Virus record (IMG/VR): IMGVR_UViG_3300025021_000154
Location: 25,087-89,086 of that record
DNA length: 64,000 bases
Reading direction: 5' to 3' (one strand)
DNA from: a virus
Taxonomy: Duplodnaviria > Caudoviricetes
Of this stretch, positions 50,503 to 61,900 are shown one piece after another (position 1 is the first letter of the stretch; every line of letters starts with the position of its first letter). Both the position numbers and the translations under genes were made by a program. A model generated the notes under the pieces. That model saw nothing but the letters and a program-made list of their open reading frames with translations. It had not been told where the DNA came from and made no database searches.

Positions 50503-52997
50503 ACGACCGCATAGCCCAGGCCCTGACCAAACTCTTCGACCGGCACCGGATCGTCTTCTGGTACGACGCCAAACAGGAGTTGCGTGACGACTTCGAGGCG
50601 CTTCAGCTTCACGGCGTCGAGAAGCTGGAACTGACCAACAACGAGTACGGCATCAAGTACAGGCTGCTCCGCGAGCAACCGGAACAGAAATTCCTGCTCT
50701 ACCGCGAAGGCCCTCAACCCGCCGACCTGGATAACTGGCTGCTGGATGTGCAACTGGCCCATGGCGAGTTCCGCACCGACCAGGTGGCCATCTGGCTGTC
50801 CGAACTGGAGCTCGGCCTGGAGTTTACGGATGTGGTGCAAGCCCATGCGGAGTTCTTCCAGGCGATCAAGCGCAAGGACGCCCTCAAGAAGCTGCTGAAA
50901 GCGAACGACACCGCCGGACAGATTCGCCTAAAGATGCTGGCGGTATGCACCGGCAGCGAGTCGCGCATGGATGCGGTGGTTGAAAACCTGCTGCAGGAGC
51001 TGGCCGACGGCCGGGATGAGAAGATCAAGCTGATAGGCCGGTGCAGCCTGGACGGCTTTCTCTGGGAACAGATGACCCGCTGCTACGGCTACAAGTCCGA
51101 CGAGCCGGGCATCCGCGACTTCACCATTGAGCTGTTCAAGTCCTGCTACGCCATGGGCACCGACGGCCAGGTGAAACTGACCGGCGACGCCATGGTGTTT
51201 CTCAAGCGCTGGAAGGACAGCCGTCAGTTCGAAGGCGGCTTCGAGACCCTCTCGGGAGAATGCGCCGAGGTCCTCGGGATTGAGCAGGATCTGGCTAAGC
51301 GGGATTTCCGGGAGTTGATCGAGTTGGATTACTTCCGCCTGATTGACCAGAAGATCATCAGCGACTTGGTGCGGGCGGTGGCATCCCGCACGGCCTCCAG
51401 CGGTGACGTGGCGATCTGGGTTCGCCAGCGGCGACAAGGCCACTGGTATCGTGAATATCGCCACTTGTACGAAGCGGTCGATTACGCCGCCCAGTTTACC
51501 CACGCACTGGGCGAGGCCAAGCTATCCATGGACAGCCTGGCCGAAGGCGTGCAGCGCTACAGCCGCATCTGGTATCAGCTCGATCAGCTTTACCGCAAGT
51601 TTACCTACCACGTGCGCATGTCGGGACAGGCGTCGCTGATGGGTAGCCTGACCGATCAGGTCGAAAACCTCTACTCCAACAACTATCTGTTAAAGCTGGG
51701 CGACCGCTTCCAGACCTTTGTGGATGCGGCATCAAAATGGGAAGCCTTCCCCGTGCGCAAACAGAAGGAGTTTTTCGAGCATTGGGTACGGCCGTTTCTG
51801 CGCAAGGACAATAAGGTTTGCGTGATCATTTCCGACGCCATGCGCTACGAGATCGGTGATGAGCTGCTGAGCCTGATCCGCCAGGAGGATCGTTACAGCG
51901 CAGAACTGGAACCGGCGCTTTCGATGTTGCCCAGCTACACCCAGCTCGGCATGGCGGCGCTTCTGCCCAACAAGGCACTGGCGATTGCCGACAACGATAC
52001 CGGCACCGTGCTGGTGGATGGGCAAAGCTCCCAGGGAACGGCCAACCGCATCAAGATCCTTGGCCAGGCAATCAGTCAACGGGCTACGGCCTGCAAAGCA
52101 GACGAACTGATGGCCATGAAGGGTGACGACTGCCGGGCGCTGGTGCGCGATCACGACGTGATCTACGTCTACCACAACCGGATCGACGCTACCGGCGACA
52201 AGCGGGAATCCGAGGAGCGGGTTTTCGAGGCAGTGGAAGAAACCCTGCAAGAGCTGATTCGGCTGATCAAGAAGCTGACCGGGGCCAACGCCAACAACTT
52301 GCTGGTGACCTCGGACCATGGCTTCATCTACCAGAACCGCGCCATCGACGAGAGCGACTTTTCCGGAGTCGATGCCGAGGGTGAACAGATTCTGTTCCGG
52401 GACCGCCGCTTCGTGCTTGGCAAGGGGCTTGCCGAGGCATCCAGCCTGCATAAGTTCACCCCCGAGCAACTTGGCCTCGCCGGTGAGGTGGAGGTGCAGA
52501 TTCCCAAATCGATCAACCGCCTGCGCCTGAAGGGCTCCGGCAGCCGCTTTGTGCATGGCGGCGCATCGTTGCAGGAGGTGGTGATCCCGGTGCTCAAGAT
52601 CAACAAGAAGCGCCAGAGCGATGTCACTGCCGTTGAAGTGGACATCCTGCGCGGAGCCAGCTCGGTGATTACCTCCGGGCAACTGGCGGTGACCATGTAC
52701 CAGGCCGGGCCGGTGACGGACAAGATCCAGCCGCGTGTGCTGCGGGCTGGCATCTACACCGAGGCAGGCGACCTGATCTCCGACAGCCACGACCTGACCT
52801 TTGATCTGAGCTCGGACAATCCCCGGGAGCGGGAGCTGCAGGTGCGCTTTGTGTTGACCCGCAAGGCTGACGAGGCCAATGGCCAGGAGGTCATTCTACG
52901 GCTGGAGGAAAAACACGCCGGGACTTCACATTACAAGGAATACAAGTCGCTCCGGTACTTGATGCGGCGCTCATTTACCAGCGACTTCGACTTTTAA
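50499..52997 (+). CDS. pglZ: BREX-1 phosphatase PglZ
   Basis: IVFWYD, VIISDAMRYE, LPSYTQLGMAALLP, VTSDHGF, FVHGGASLQE. Confidence 0.96.
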   Translation: MNDRIAQALTKLFDRHRIVFWYDAKQELRDDFEALQLHGVEKLELTNNEYGIKYRLLREQPEQKFLLYREGPQPADLDNWLLDVQLAHGEFRTDQVAIWLSELELGLEFTDVVQAHAEFFQAIKRKDALKKLLKANDTAGQIRLKMLAVCTGSESRMDAVVENLLQELADGRDEKIKLIGRCSLDGFLWEQMTRCYGYKSDEPGIRDFTIELFKSCYAMGTDGQVKLTGDAMVFLKRWKDSRQFEGGFETLSGECAEVLGIEQDLAKRDFRELIELDYFRLIDQKIISDLVRAVASRTASSGDVAIWVRQRRQGHWYREYRHLYEAVDYAAQFTHALGEAKLSMDSLAEGVQRYSRIWYQLDQLYRKFTYHVRMSGQASLMGSLTDQVENLYSNNYLLKLGDRFQTFVDAASKWEAFPVRKQKEFFEHWVRPFLRKDNKVCVIISDAMRYEIGDELLSLIRQEDRYSAELEPALSMLPSYTQLGMAALLPNKALAIADNDTGTVLVDGQSSQGTANRIKILGQAISQRATACKADELMAMKGDDCRALVRDHDVIYVYHNRIDATGDKRESEERVFEAVEETLQELIRLIKKLTGANANNLLVTSDHGFIYQNRAIDESDFSGVDAEGEQILFRDRRFVLGKGLAEASSLHKFTPEQLGLAGEVEVQIPKSINRLRLKGSGSRFVHGGASLQEVVIPVLKINKKRQSDVTAVEVDILRGASSVITSGQLAVTMYQAGPVTDKIQPRVLRAGIYTEAGDLISDSHDLTFDLSSDNPRERELQVRFVLTRKADEANGQEVILRLEEKHAGTSHYKEYKSLRYLMRRSFTSDFDF

Positions 52998-53011
52998 AGG
53001 ACGGGTGACCG

Positions 53012-55081
53012 ATGAACGAACTTGACCAGAAAATCAACACACACTTCCCGGGACTCGTTGTCCGCAAGGATCTCGTCAAGACGGTCAAGGGCAACGCCAT
53101 CGTTCCCTCCTACGTGCTGGAATACCTGCTGGGCCAGTATTGCGCCACCAGCGATGAACCGACCATCCAGACCGGCATCGAGACGGTCAAGGAGATCCTG
53201 CGCAAACATTACGTGCATCGCAACGAGGCGGGTCTGGTTCGCTCGAACATTAAGGAGAAAGGGCGTTACAAGGTCATCGACAAGATTGGCGTGGCCTTGA
53301 ACGACAAGGCCGACGTCTACGAAGCGGAGTTTTCCAACCTCGGCATCAAGAAAGTGCTGGTCGACTCGGGCACGGTCAAGACCCACCCCAAGTTGCTGGT
53401 CAGCGGCGTGTGGTGCATTGCCGACATCGAATATGAATTCACCGAGGACAAGAACGCCAGCCCCTGGATCTTGTCGACCCTCAAGCCCATTCAACTCTCT
53501 CAGTTCGATTTTGACAGCTACCTTGAAGCCCGCAAACAGCTCACCACCGATGAATGGATCGATTTACTGATACAGAGCATCGGCTTCAACCCTGAGATGT
53601 TCGGCAAGCGCAGCAAATTGACCCAGTTGATCCGCCTGATTCCGTTTTGCGAGCGCAACTACAACTTGATCGAACTTGGCCCGAAGGGGACCGGCAAATC
53701 TCACATTTACTCGGAGTTCTCGCCTCACGGCATCCTGATCTCCGGCGGCGAGATCACAGTTCCCAAGCTCTTCGTGAACAACTCTTCCGGAAAGATCGGC
53801 CTGGTCGGTTACTGGGACTGTGTTGCCTTCGACGAGTTTGCCGGAAAACAAAAACGTGTCGACAAGGCCCTGGTCGACATCATGAAGAACTACATGGCCA
53901 ACAAGTCCTTCTCGCGGGGCGTCGAGACGCTGGGCGCGGAGGCGTCCATGGTTTTCGTGGGCAACACTCAGCACACCGTGCCCTACATGCTCAAACACTC
54001 GGACCTTTTTTGCGAGCTGCCCGACAAGTTCTACGACTCCGCATTTCTTGACCGCATCCATTTCTATATCCCGGGCTGGGAGGTCGACATTATCCGGGGC
54101 GAGATGTTTTCCAACGGCTACGGCTTCGTGGTGGACTACCTGGCCGAGATCCTTCGCTCGCTGCGCAATCACGATTACTCGGACCGGTACAAGGAGCACT
54201 TCTCCCTCTCCTCCGATATCTCGACGCGGGACCGCGATGGAATCAACAAGACATTCTCCGGCCTGATGAAGATCCTCTTTCCGCATGACGGGGCGACCAA
54301 GGAAGAGATTGAGGAACTGCTGCGGTTCGCGATTGAGGGCCGCAAGCGCGTCAAAGACCAACTGATGCGAATCGATTCCACCTACGGCAATGTCCGATTT
54401 TCCTATATGGACGCTGGTGGACAGGCCAAGCCTGTCACCACGCTCGAAGAGGAGGAATACCCCGGCTACTACCACAAGACCATCGCGGAGGGCGAAGACG
54501 GGGAAATCTTAGAATCTGCGCAACCGGGCTCACCCCAAGGTCCATCCGAACCACTGGCACCGGCCGAGCCCGCCCTCAAAGAAAAGCACCTCACATTCCA
54601 GGAGAACCAGAAGGGCCTCTCCTTCGATACGCTGCTCGGCCCTTATCTCAAGGGCGCAACTGCGATCACGGCCACTGATCCGTACATCCGCCTGTTTTAT
54701 CAGATGCGCAACTTCATGGAATTTCTGGAGACGGTGGTCAAGCACAAGGCTCCGGATGAGGAAGTATCCGTGCATCTGGTGACGACGGAAGACGAGTTCA
54801 AAGGCGAACAGCAAAAGGAAAACTTCGAGAAGATGAAGGAGTCCGCCAGTGCGGTGGGCGTGAACTTCACCTGGGAGTTCGACGGCACCGGCACGATTCA
54901 TGCCCGCCATATCGTGACCGACCATGGCTGGAAAATCTCCCTGGATCGCGGTCTCGATATCTTCCAGCACTACGAGATGAACGATGCTTTTACCTTCGCC
55001 AATCGACTGCAGCAATACCGCCCATGCAAGGCGTTCGAGGTGACGTTCATTAAACACAAGCGGGAAGCTGAGGGGGAATAA
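53012..55081 (+). CDS. brxL: BrxL AAA+ protein whose C-terminus looks PLD/MIT_C-like rather than Lon protease
   Basis: VVRKDL, YVLEYLLGQYC, ELGPKGTGKS, FDEFAG, AFLDRIH; C-terminal TDPYIR, IHARHIVTDHGWKISLDRGLDIFQ. Confidence 0.9.
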   Translation: MNELDQKINTHFPGLVVRKDLVKTVKGNAIVPSYVLEYLLGQYCATSDEPTIQTGIETVKEILRKHYVHRNEAGLVRSNIKEKGRYKVIDKIGVALNDKADVYEAEFSNLGIKKVLVDSGTVKTHPKLLVSGVWCIADIEYEFTEDKNASPWILSTLKPIQLSQFDFDSYLEARKQLTTDEWIDLLIQSIGFNPEMFGKRSKLTQLIRLIPFCERNYNLIELGPKGTGKSHIYSEFSPHGILISGGEITVPKLFVNNSSGKIGLVGYWDCVAFDEFAGKQKRVDKALVDIMKNYMANKSFSRGVETLGAEASMVFVGNTQHTVPYMLKHSDLFCELPDKFYDSAFLDRIHFYIPGWEVDIIRGEMFSNGYGFVVDYLAEILRSLRNHDYSDRYKEHFSLSSDISTRDRDGINKTFSGLMKILFPHDGATKEEIEELLRFAIEGRKRVKDQLMRIDSTYGNVRFSYMDAGGQAKPVTTLEEEEYPGYYHKTIAEGEDGEILESAQPGSPQGPSEPLAPAEPALKEKHLTFQENQKGLSFDTLLGPYLKGATAITATDPYIRLFYQMRNFMEFLETVVKHKAPDEEVSVHLVTTEDEFKGEQQKENFEKMKESASAVGVNFTWEFDGTGTIHARHIVTDHGWKISLDRGLDIFQHYEMNDAFTFANRLQQYRPCKAFEVTFIKHKREAEGE

Positions 55082-55082
55082 T

Positions 55083-57659
55083 ATGAGCGGGATATCGGCA
55101 TCACTGACCAAATGGTTTTCAGAGCGTCCCCAGTGGCTCCAGATTGCGGCTACTCGGCTACTTCAGCAGTCTGAGCTCATTGACAAAGACGTCTCTGAGC
55201 TCGCAACCCTGTGCCAGCAGGAAGCTGACGGAAAGTTACCCAAAACGACCTGCTCCTTTCCCGCTTCCGCGTTCTCCCAGGGCGCTGCAGGTACCTTGCG
55301 TTTGTGTTCAATCAGTGATGTCGAAGGAGTAAACGCCCTTGCTCCGAAAAAACCACTTGAGTTTGGTAAGGGCAATATCACGATTGTTTTTGGCAACAAC
55401 GGATCAGGCAAATCCGGTTACGTCAGACTCCTCAAGCATGTATGCGGTGCCCGCGAGACGGGTACCCTTCACCGCAATGTCTATAAGCCCGGCTCTGCCG
55501 TACAGAAAGCCAGCATTTCGTTTGAGCAGGACGGCATTCCGAAGAGTCATACGTGGTCAGGACAAGGTATCTGCGATGACCTCAACAGCGTTGATATTTT
55601 CGACACCTCGTTTGGCAAGGTCTTTGTCAGCAGCGAAGACGAAGTGAGCTACGAGCCGCCGGTATTATCGTTTTTTAGCTCGCTCATCCTCGCATGTGAA
55701 AAGGTCGCCTCGGCCCTGGACGCCGAGACCAATCGGCACCAGTCCAAAAAGCCGAATATCCCGGCTGACAAGAAGGTAACTCCAGAAGGTATCTGGTACG
55801 AATCCATCAGTGCCAAGACCACCACCCAGGACATCGACAAGCACGGCGTATTTAGCAGCACTGACGAGACCGAGATGCAAACGCTACAACAGCGCCTTGC
55901 CGAACAGGCACCGGCGGAAAAAGCGAAGCAGCTGAGAAAGCAGAAACAGCACATCGACACTCTGATCCAGGATGCCCAAAAGTATCTGGAGCAATTATCA
56001 GACGAAAATTGCCGACGGATCATTGCTGCAAAAAAGAAGTCGATCCTCAAAAAGACAGCGGCAGATACGGCGGCGGAAAAGGTATTCTCCGGCAGCGAGC
56101 TTGAAGGCATCGGATCTGACGTCTGGAAAGAACTTTGGGAAGCAGCCCGGAGTTACTCCGTATCGGCTGCCTACAAAGAAACCGACTACCCGAATGTTTC
56201 TGATGGTTCCCGTTGTGTCCTGTGCCATCAAACCTTGACCCAAGAGGCCAAGGACCGCTTGAGTTCCTTCGAAAAGTTCGTGAAGGGTGAAATGCAGAAA
56301 GCAGCAACGGATGCGGTCAAGGAGTATGAGACCGCCACTCAGACTATCGAGGCGTTACCGACATCGGAGACGCTGAAGACAAGGATCGATGCGGCAGGCA
56401 TTCCACAGGATGAAGTCGCCAGCCAGGTGACCAAATTCTTTACTCAATTACAGGCCAGGAAAGATCAGCTTCCAGGGATCGATTCCGAAGAAGCCATTCC
56501 CGCTATTATGCTCTCACCGGAGTGGATCGAAGAAACAAATGCCCATTCGAAGAGCCTCGGTGAACTCGCGGCAAAATATGACGAAGACGCCAAAAGCGAC
56601 AATCGAGAGGAGATCAAGAAAAAGCTGAGCAGCCTACAGGCCAAAAAGTGGTTGTCTGAGCACCGCGCCGCCATCGATGAAGAAGTTAATCGCCTGAAGC
56701 TACTGAATCAGATCCAGGAAGCGAAGAAGTCGACCAATACCAAAGCTCTGTCTCAAAAGAAAGGGGAACTGGCAGAGTCCTTGATTACAGATGCGTTCGT
56801 GCAGAGGTTCAACGCGGAGCTCAAGGCCCTCGGCGCGTCTCAGGTGAAGGTTGAGCTCGTGAAATCAAAAGTCTCCAAGGGCCGAGTTCTTCATAAGCTC
56901 CAGCTTCGAGATGCCTCTCAGAGTGGACTCGCCGATGTCCTGAGCGAGGGAGAAAATCGAATCGTTTCAATTGCGGCATTTTTGGCCGACGTGACCGGCA
57001 AAAGCAACCAGGCCCCGTTTGTCTTCGACGATCCAATATCCTCGCTTGACCAAAGCTATGAGGAGGCCGTGGTTCAAAGGCTGATCGAGTTGTCACAGGA
57101 CAAGCAGGTCATTGTCTTTACTCACCGCCTGTCCTTACTGGGAACTGTCAGGCATTTTGCCGAGAAGAAGTCCATAAAACCTGATGTGGTTAGCGTCCGC
57201 TCTGCTGACTGGGGTACCGGAGAGCCAGCTCCCATTCCATTTTCACAGAGTGACATCAAAACCGCCCTGAACACTCTCTTGAATCAGCGGTATCAGGACG
57301 CAAAGAAGGCGAGTGAAAACGGCGAATTCGAACATGCCGAAATCTTGCTGAAATCGATATGCAGCGATTTCAGGACATTGATGGAGCGCTCTATTGAAAA
57401 TGATCTGCTGTGCGGGGTGGTACAACGATTCCAGCGTCCAGTCCATACGTTGAAGCTCAAGGATCTGGCTAAGTTGAAGGACGCGGATTGCAATCTCCTT
57501 GATTCGCTCATGACCAAATACTCTGGGTTTGAACATTCACAACCAGCAGAATCACCAGTAGAGCTGCCGAAACCAGACGATCTTCTGGCCGACATGACTT
57601 CACTAAAAAGCTGGCGTGAAGAATACGCGAAGCGCTCCGCCTCTACGGTGGCCGGGTAA
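55083..57659 (+). CDS. Zn-hook coiled-coil ABC ATPase, RloC-like, with candidate HEPN-derived C-terminus, 858 aa
   Basis: Walker A GNNGSGKS, hook CVLC, signature LSEGE, Walker B VFDDPISSLD, VFTH; C-terminal FRTLMERSIE...KYSGFEH. The ATPase call is firm, the RloC-like call tentative. Confidence 0.65.
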   Translation: MSGISASLTKWFSERPQWLQIAATRLLQQSELIDKDVSELATLCQQEADGKLPKTTCSFPASAFSQGAAGTLRLCSISDVEGVNALAPKKPLEFGKGNITIVFGNNGSGKSGYVRLLKHVCGARETGTLHRNVYKPGSAVQKASISFEQDGIPKSHTWSGQGICDDLNSVDIFDTSFGKVFVSSEDEVSYEPPVLSFFSSLILACEKVASALDAETNRHQSKKPNIPADKKVTPEGIWYESISAKTTTQDIDKHGVFSSTDETEMQTLQQRLAEQAPAEKAKQLRKQKQHIDTLIQDAQKYLEQLSDENCRRIIAAKKKSILKKTAADTAAEKVFSGSELEGIGSDVWKELWEAARSYSVSAAYKETDYPNVSDGSRCVLCHQTLTQEAKDRLSSFEKFVKGEMQKAATDAVKEYETATQTIEALPTSETLKTRIDAAGIPQDEVASQVTKFFTQLQARKDQLPGIDSEEAIPAIMLSPEWIEETNAHSKSLGELAAKYDEDAKSDNREEIKKKLSSLQAKKWLSEHRAAIDEEVNRLKLLNQIQEAKKSTNTKALSQKKGELAESLITDAFVQRFNAELKALGASQVKVELVKSKVSKGRVLHKLQLRDASQSGLADVLSEGENRIVSIAAFLADVTGKSNQAPFVFDDPISSLDQSYEEAVVQRLIELSQDKQVIVFTHRLSLLGTVRHFAEKKSIKPDVVSVRSADWGTGEPAPIPFSQSDIKTALNTLLNQRYQDAKKASENGEFEHAEILLKSICSDFRTLMERSIENDLLCGVVQRFQRPVHTLKLKDLAKLKDADCNLLDSLMTKYSGFEHSQPAESPVELPKPDDLLADMTSLKSWREEYAKRSASTVAG

Positions 57660-57663
57660 CAGC

Positions 57664-58893
57664 ATGAGAGTTCTTCATACATCCGACTGGCACATTGGGC
57701 GCACTCTTTATGGCAGAAAACGCTACGAGGAGTTCGAATCCTTTCTGACCTGGCTGGCTGAGACGATTCAGGAAAATTCAATTGATGCGCTGCTGGTGGC
57801 GGGTGATGTCTTTGACACCAGCGCTCCGAGCAATCGCGCCCAGGAGCTCTATTACCGTTTCCTATGCCGTGTGGCCGCCTCATCCTGTCGGCATGTTGTC
57901 GTCGTCGCGGGCAACCACGATTCGCCGTCCTTTCTCAATGCTCCCAAGGAGCTGCTCAAGGCCCTTGATGTCCACGTGGTCGGTAGTAGCACTGAATCCC
58001 CGGAAGACGAAGTGCTGGTGCTCCGTAATGAGCAGGACGCTCCGGAACTGATTGTCTGTGCCGTACCTTACCTCCGCGACAGGGATATCCGCATGGCGGA
58101 AGCTGGTGAGAGTGTCGAAGACAAGGAGCGAAAGCTGATTGACGGCATCCGCAATCATTACGCCACCGTCGCCGCCCTGGCCGAACAGAAGCGGGAGGAA
58201 CTCGGGGCCGATATTCCCATCGTTGCCTTGGGACACTTGTTTACCGCTGGCGGCCACACCGTCGACGGTGACGGTGTGCGCGAACTCTATGTTGGCTCCC
58301 TGGCTCATGTGACGGCCGGGATTTTCCCTGCGTGCCTCGACTACCTGGCGCTTGGACACCTCCACGTCCCGCAGAAGGTGAATGGCCTTGAGACCATCAG
58401 GTACAGCGGCTCTCCACTGCCCATGGGGTTTGGAGAGGCAAAACAGCAGAAGAGCGTTTGCCAGGTTGAATTCCACAGCACGGCCGCATCCGTACAACTG
58501 ATCGACGTGCCGGTGTTTCAAAAGCTTGAGCGCGTCAAGGGAGACTGGGACGGCATCTCAAGCCGCATCCTCGAACTGTCGGCAACCGGCACCCGAGGCT
58601 GGATCGAGGTCATCTACGACGGCATTGAGGTCATTGGCGACCTGCGTGACCGCCTGGAGTCGGTCATTTCCGGGACGCAACTGGAAATCCTCCGGATAAA
58701 GAACAACCGCATCATCGACCGCGTGCTGGGACAAATCCATGAAGAGGAAACACTCGACGACCTGAACGTGAACGACGTGTTCGAGCGATGCCTCGCCGTT
58801 CATGACGTGCCTGAAGACCAGCGGCCGGAACTGCTCCGCGCCTACCAGGAAACGCTCTCGTCTTTCAATGAAGACGACAGGCAGGCGGAATAG
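57664..58893 (+). CDS. sbcD: SbcD/Mre11-family nuclease
   Basis: LHTSDWHIG, AGDVFD, GNHDS, ALGHLH, RYSGSPLPMGFGE. Confidence 0.95.
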   Translation: MRVLHTSDWHIGRTLYGRKRYEEFESFLTWLAETIQENSIDALLVAGDVFDTSAPSNRAQELYYRFLCRVAASSCRHVVVVAGNHDSPSFLNAPKELLKALDVHVVGSSTESPEDEVLVLRNEQDAPELIVCAVPYLRDRDIRMAEAGESVEDKERKLIDGIRNHYATVAALAEQKREELGADIPIVALGHLFTAGGHTVDGDGVRELYVGSLAHVTAGIFPACLDYLALGHLHVPQKVNGLETIRYSGSPLPMGFGEAKQQKSVCQVEFHSTAASVQLIDVPVFQKLERVKGDWDGISSRILELSATGTRGWIEVIYDGIEVIGDLRDRLESVISGTQLEILRIKNNRIIDRVLGQIHEEETLDDLNVNDVFERCLAVHDVPEDQRPELLRAYQETLSSFNEDDRQAE

Positions 58894-58904
58894 AGAGGCT
58901 GTCG

Positions 58905-61900
58905 ATGAGGATACTGCAGGTACGATTCAAAAATCTGAACTCACTGGTCGGCGAATGGCAGATCGACCTGACGCACCCGGCCTTCACTTCTGACGGCATC
59001 TTCGCCATCACAGGCCCCACCGGCGCGGGAAAGACCACCATCCTCGATGCTATTTGCCTTGCCCTTTACGGGCGGACGCCTCGCTTGAACAAGGTCACCA
59101 AAAGCGGAAATGAAATCATGTCCCGCCAGACCGGCGAATGCTTTGCTGAAGTGACGTTCGAGGCTCAGAATCGAAAAGGAGGGACGGAGCGTTACCGTTG
59201 TCACTGGAGCCAGCACCGGGCACGCAAAAAATCGGACGGTGATTTTCAGGCCCAGAAACACGAGATAGCCAACGCGGATACAGGCGAGATTTTTGAGTCC
59301 AAAATTAAAGGAGTGGCCGATCAGATCGAGTCCGCTACCGGCATGGATTTTGACCGTTTCACTCGCTCCATGTTGCTGGCCCAAGGCGGCTTTGCCGCGT
59401 TCCTCCAGGCGGCACCGGATGATCGGGCTCCGATCCTGGAGCAGATAACGGGTACAGAGATCTACAGCCGGATATCCATCCGTGTCCATGAGCAGCAGCG
59501 CGAAGAGCGGGAAAAGCTGAACCTGCTCCAGGCGGAAACGGCAGGCATCGTGATTCTTGAGCCGGAGCAGGAACAAGAGATTGGGCAGGTACTCGAGACA
59601 AAGCAGAAGGAAGAGACAGACCTTGCCGCCAAGTCCGCTGCCACCGGGAAGGCCATTGCCTGGCTCACCACCATCGATGGGCTGAAGAAGGAAATCGGCA
59701 ATGTGGCTGACGAGGCGAGCAAGCTGCAAATCGATATCGAGGCGTTCAAACCGGATCGTGAAAAGCTCAACCGGGCGTTGAATGCCGCCTCACTGGATGG
59801 CGCATACGCAACGCTTACATCCACCCGCAAACAGCAGGTGGATGACAGAGCAGCATTGAAAGTTGAGGAGGAATCTCTTCCTGGATTGGAATCCTCCGCC
59901 AAGGAACAGGCCGAGACGCTGAAATCGGCTGAGCAACAAACCGCTCGGGCCAAAGAAGAGCTGAAAGCGGCCGCGCTTACATTGCAGAAGGTTCGCTCCC
60001 TGGATCAGAAACTTGCCGATCAGAAAAAAGCTGTTTCGGAAGGTGATGAGGGCTGTAAGAAAGATGCGGCAAAGATTGATGCAGACAAAAAAGCCCGGCT
60101 CGAAGAGCAGGAAAAACGATCCAAGACTCATGAGACACTGGATCTTGTGGACGACTACATCAAGGAGCATGCTCAGGATGAATGGCTGATCAGCGGTCTG
60201 GCTGGCGTTGAAGAACAGTTCGGCGGCCTGCTCTCTAAGCAAAAAGAAATCGTTCAAAAAGAGGCTGATCAAGAAACGGCCACGACGGCTCTGGATCTGG
60301 CGACAAAGTCACTCGACGACCGTCAGAAACAATCAGGCATTCGGAAGCAGGGGCTGGAGGAAGCCTCAAAACAGATTCAGCAGGGCAAAGATGCATTGAG
60401 CCAGTTGCTGGGAGACCGCTTATTGCGAGAATACCGCACCGAGAAGGAAACCCTGCTGCGTGAAATGGCCTTCCTGACGAAAATTGCGGAGCTTAAAGAT
60501 CACCGGACAAAACTGGAAGACGGCAAGCCCTGTCCTCTTTGCGGCGCAACCGAACACCCCTTCGCGGAAGGGAATGTTCCCGTCCCCGATGAAACCGAAC
60601 AGAAGATCGACGTGCTGACCAAGCTGATTGGCAAAGCTGAGGATCGGGAAGTCGCCATCCAGAAACTCGAAGTAGCAGAACGCTTGGCCCGTAACAACCT
60701 GGCGGAGGCTGAAAAGCAAGAGTCAGCAGCGGCGAATGACAAGAAGGCTGCCGAGAAAGCCCTTGCCGATGTGAACGAGGGCCTGGGAAAACTTCGTGCT
60801 GATTTTACCGAACGTAAGCAGGCCGTATCGAGAAAACTCCTTCCGCTTGGTATTGCGGACATCCCCGAAACGGACATTTCATCACTGCTCGAGACCCTCA
60901 GAGCGCGGCTGAAGGCATGGCAAGACCAGGTCAAGAAAAAGGCAGACATCGAGAAACAGATTGCCGATCTCGACAGCGATGTGAAGCGGCTGGATGCGGT
61001 TATCGAAACTCAAAGCACCGCCCTGGCCGAAAAGCTGGAGCGCCTGGGTACCTTGAAAAAGGAACTCGCCGCTGGAAGTGATGAGCGTATTGCACTGTAC
61101 GGCGACAAGAATCCTGACGATGAGGAGCGCCGTTTAAACAAGGCGATTTCTGATGCCGAAGGTGCCGAAAAGCAGGCCAGAGATCGACACAATGAACTCC
61201 AGCAAAAATGGAATACCGCAAAGGCCCATGTCGAATCTCTGAGAAAGCGGGTCGACCAGCGAGAGCCGGAACTAAGAAGGCTGGAAACTGAATTCTCCGC
61301 AGCACTTGCGCCCGTGGGCTTTTCAAATGAAGAACAGTTTCTGGCGGCCATACTACCCTCTGAACGTAGGGCGGGGCTGACGGCTACGGCCAAGGATCTG
61401 GATGAGCGTCAAACAGATCTGGAAGCCAGACGGAAGGATCGGGAAACGCGCTTGGCCACGGAACTTGCTCGGAAGGTCACCGACAAATCTCTGGAAGAGC
61501 TCGAACCCCAATTCAAGGAGTACGAAGAATCCCTGAAAGAGCTGCGGGACATCATTGCCGGTTTCAAGCACAAGTTGAGTGAGAATAACGCTGCCAAAGA
61601 GAGAATAAAGCAGAAACAAGCGGCCATCGAAGCCCAGAAAACAGAGTGCCGCAGGTGGGAAAACCTACACGAATTGATCGGCTCCGCAGACGGTAAGAAG
61701 TACCGCAATTTTGCCCAGGGGCTGACCTTCGAGATGATGATTGGTCACGCCAACCGGCAACTGCAGAAAATGACCGACCGCTACTTGCTGGCCCGTGATG
61801 ACGCTCAGCCCTTGGAGCTCAACGTTGTCGACAACTATCAGGCTGGGGAGATTCGATCCACGAAGAATCTTTCCGGCGGCGAGAGCTTTATCGTCAGCCT

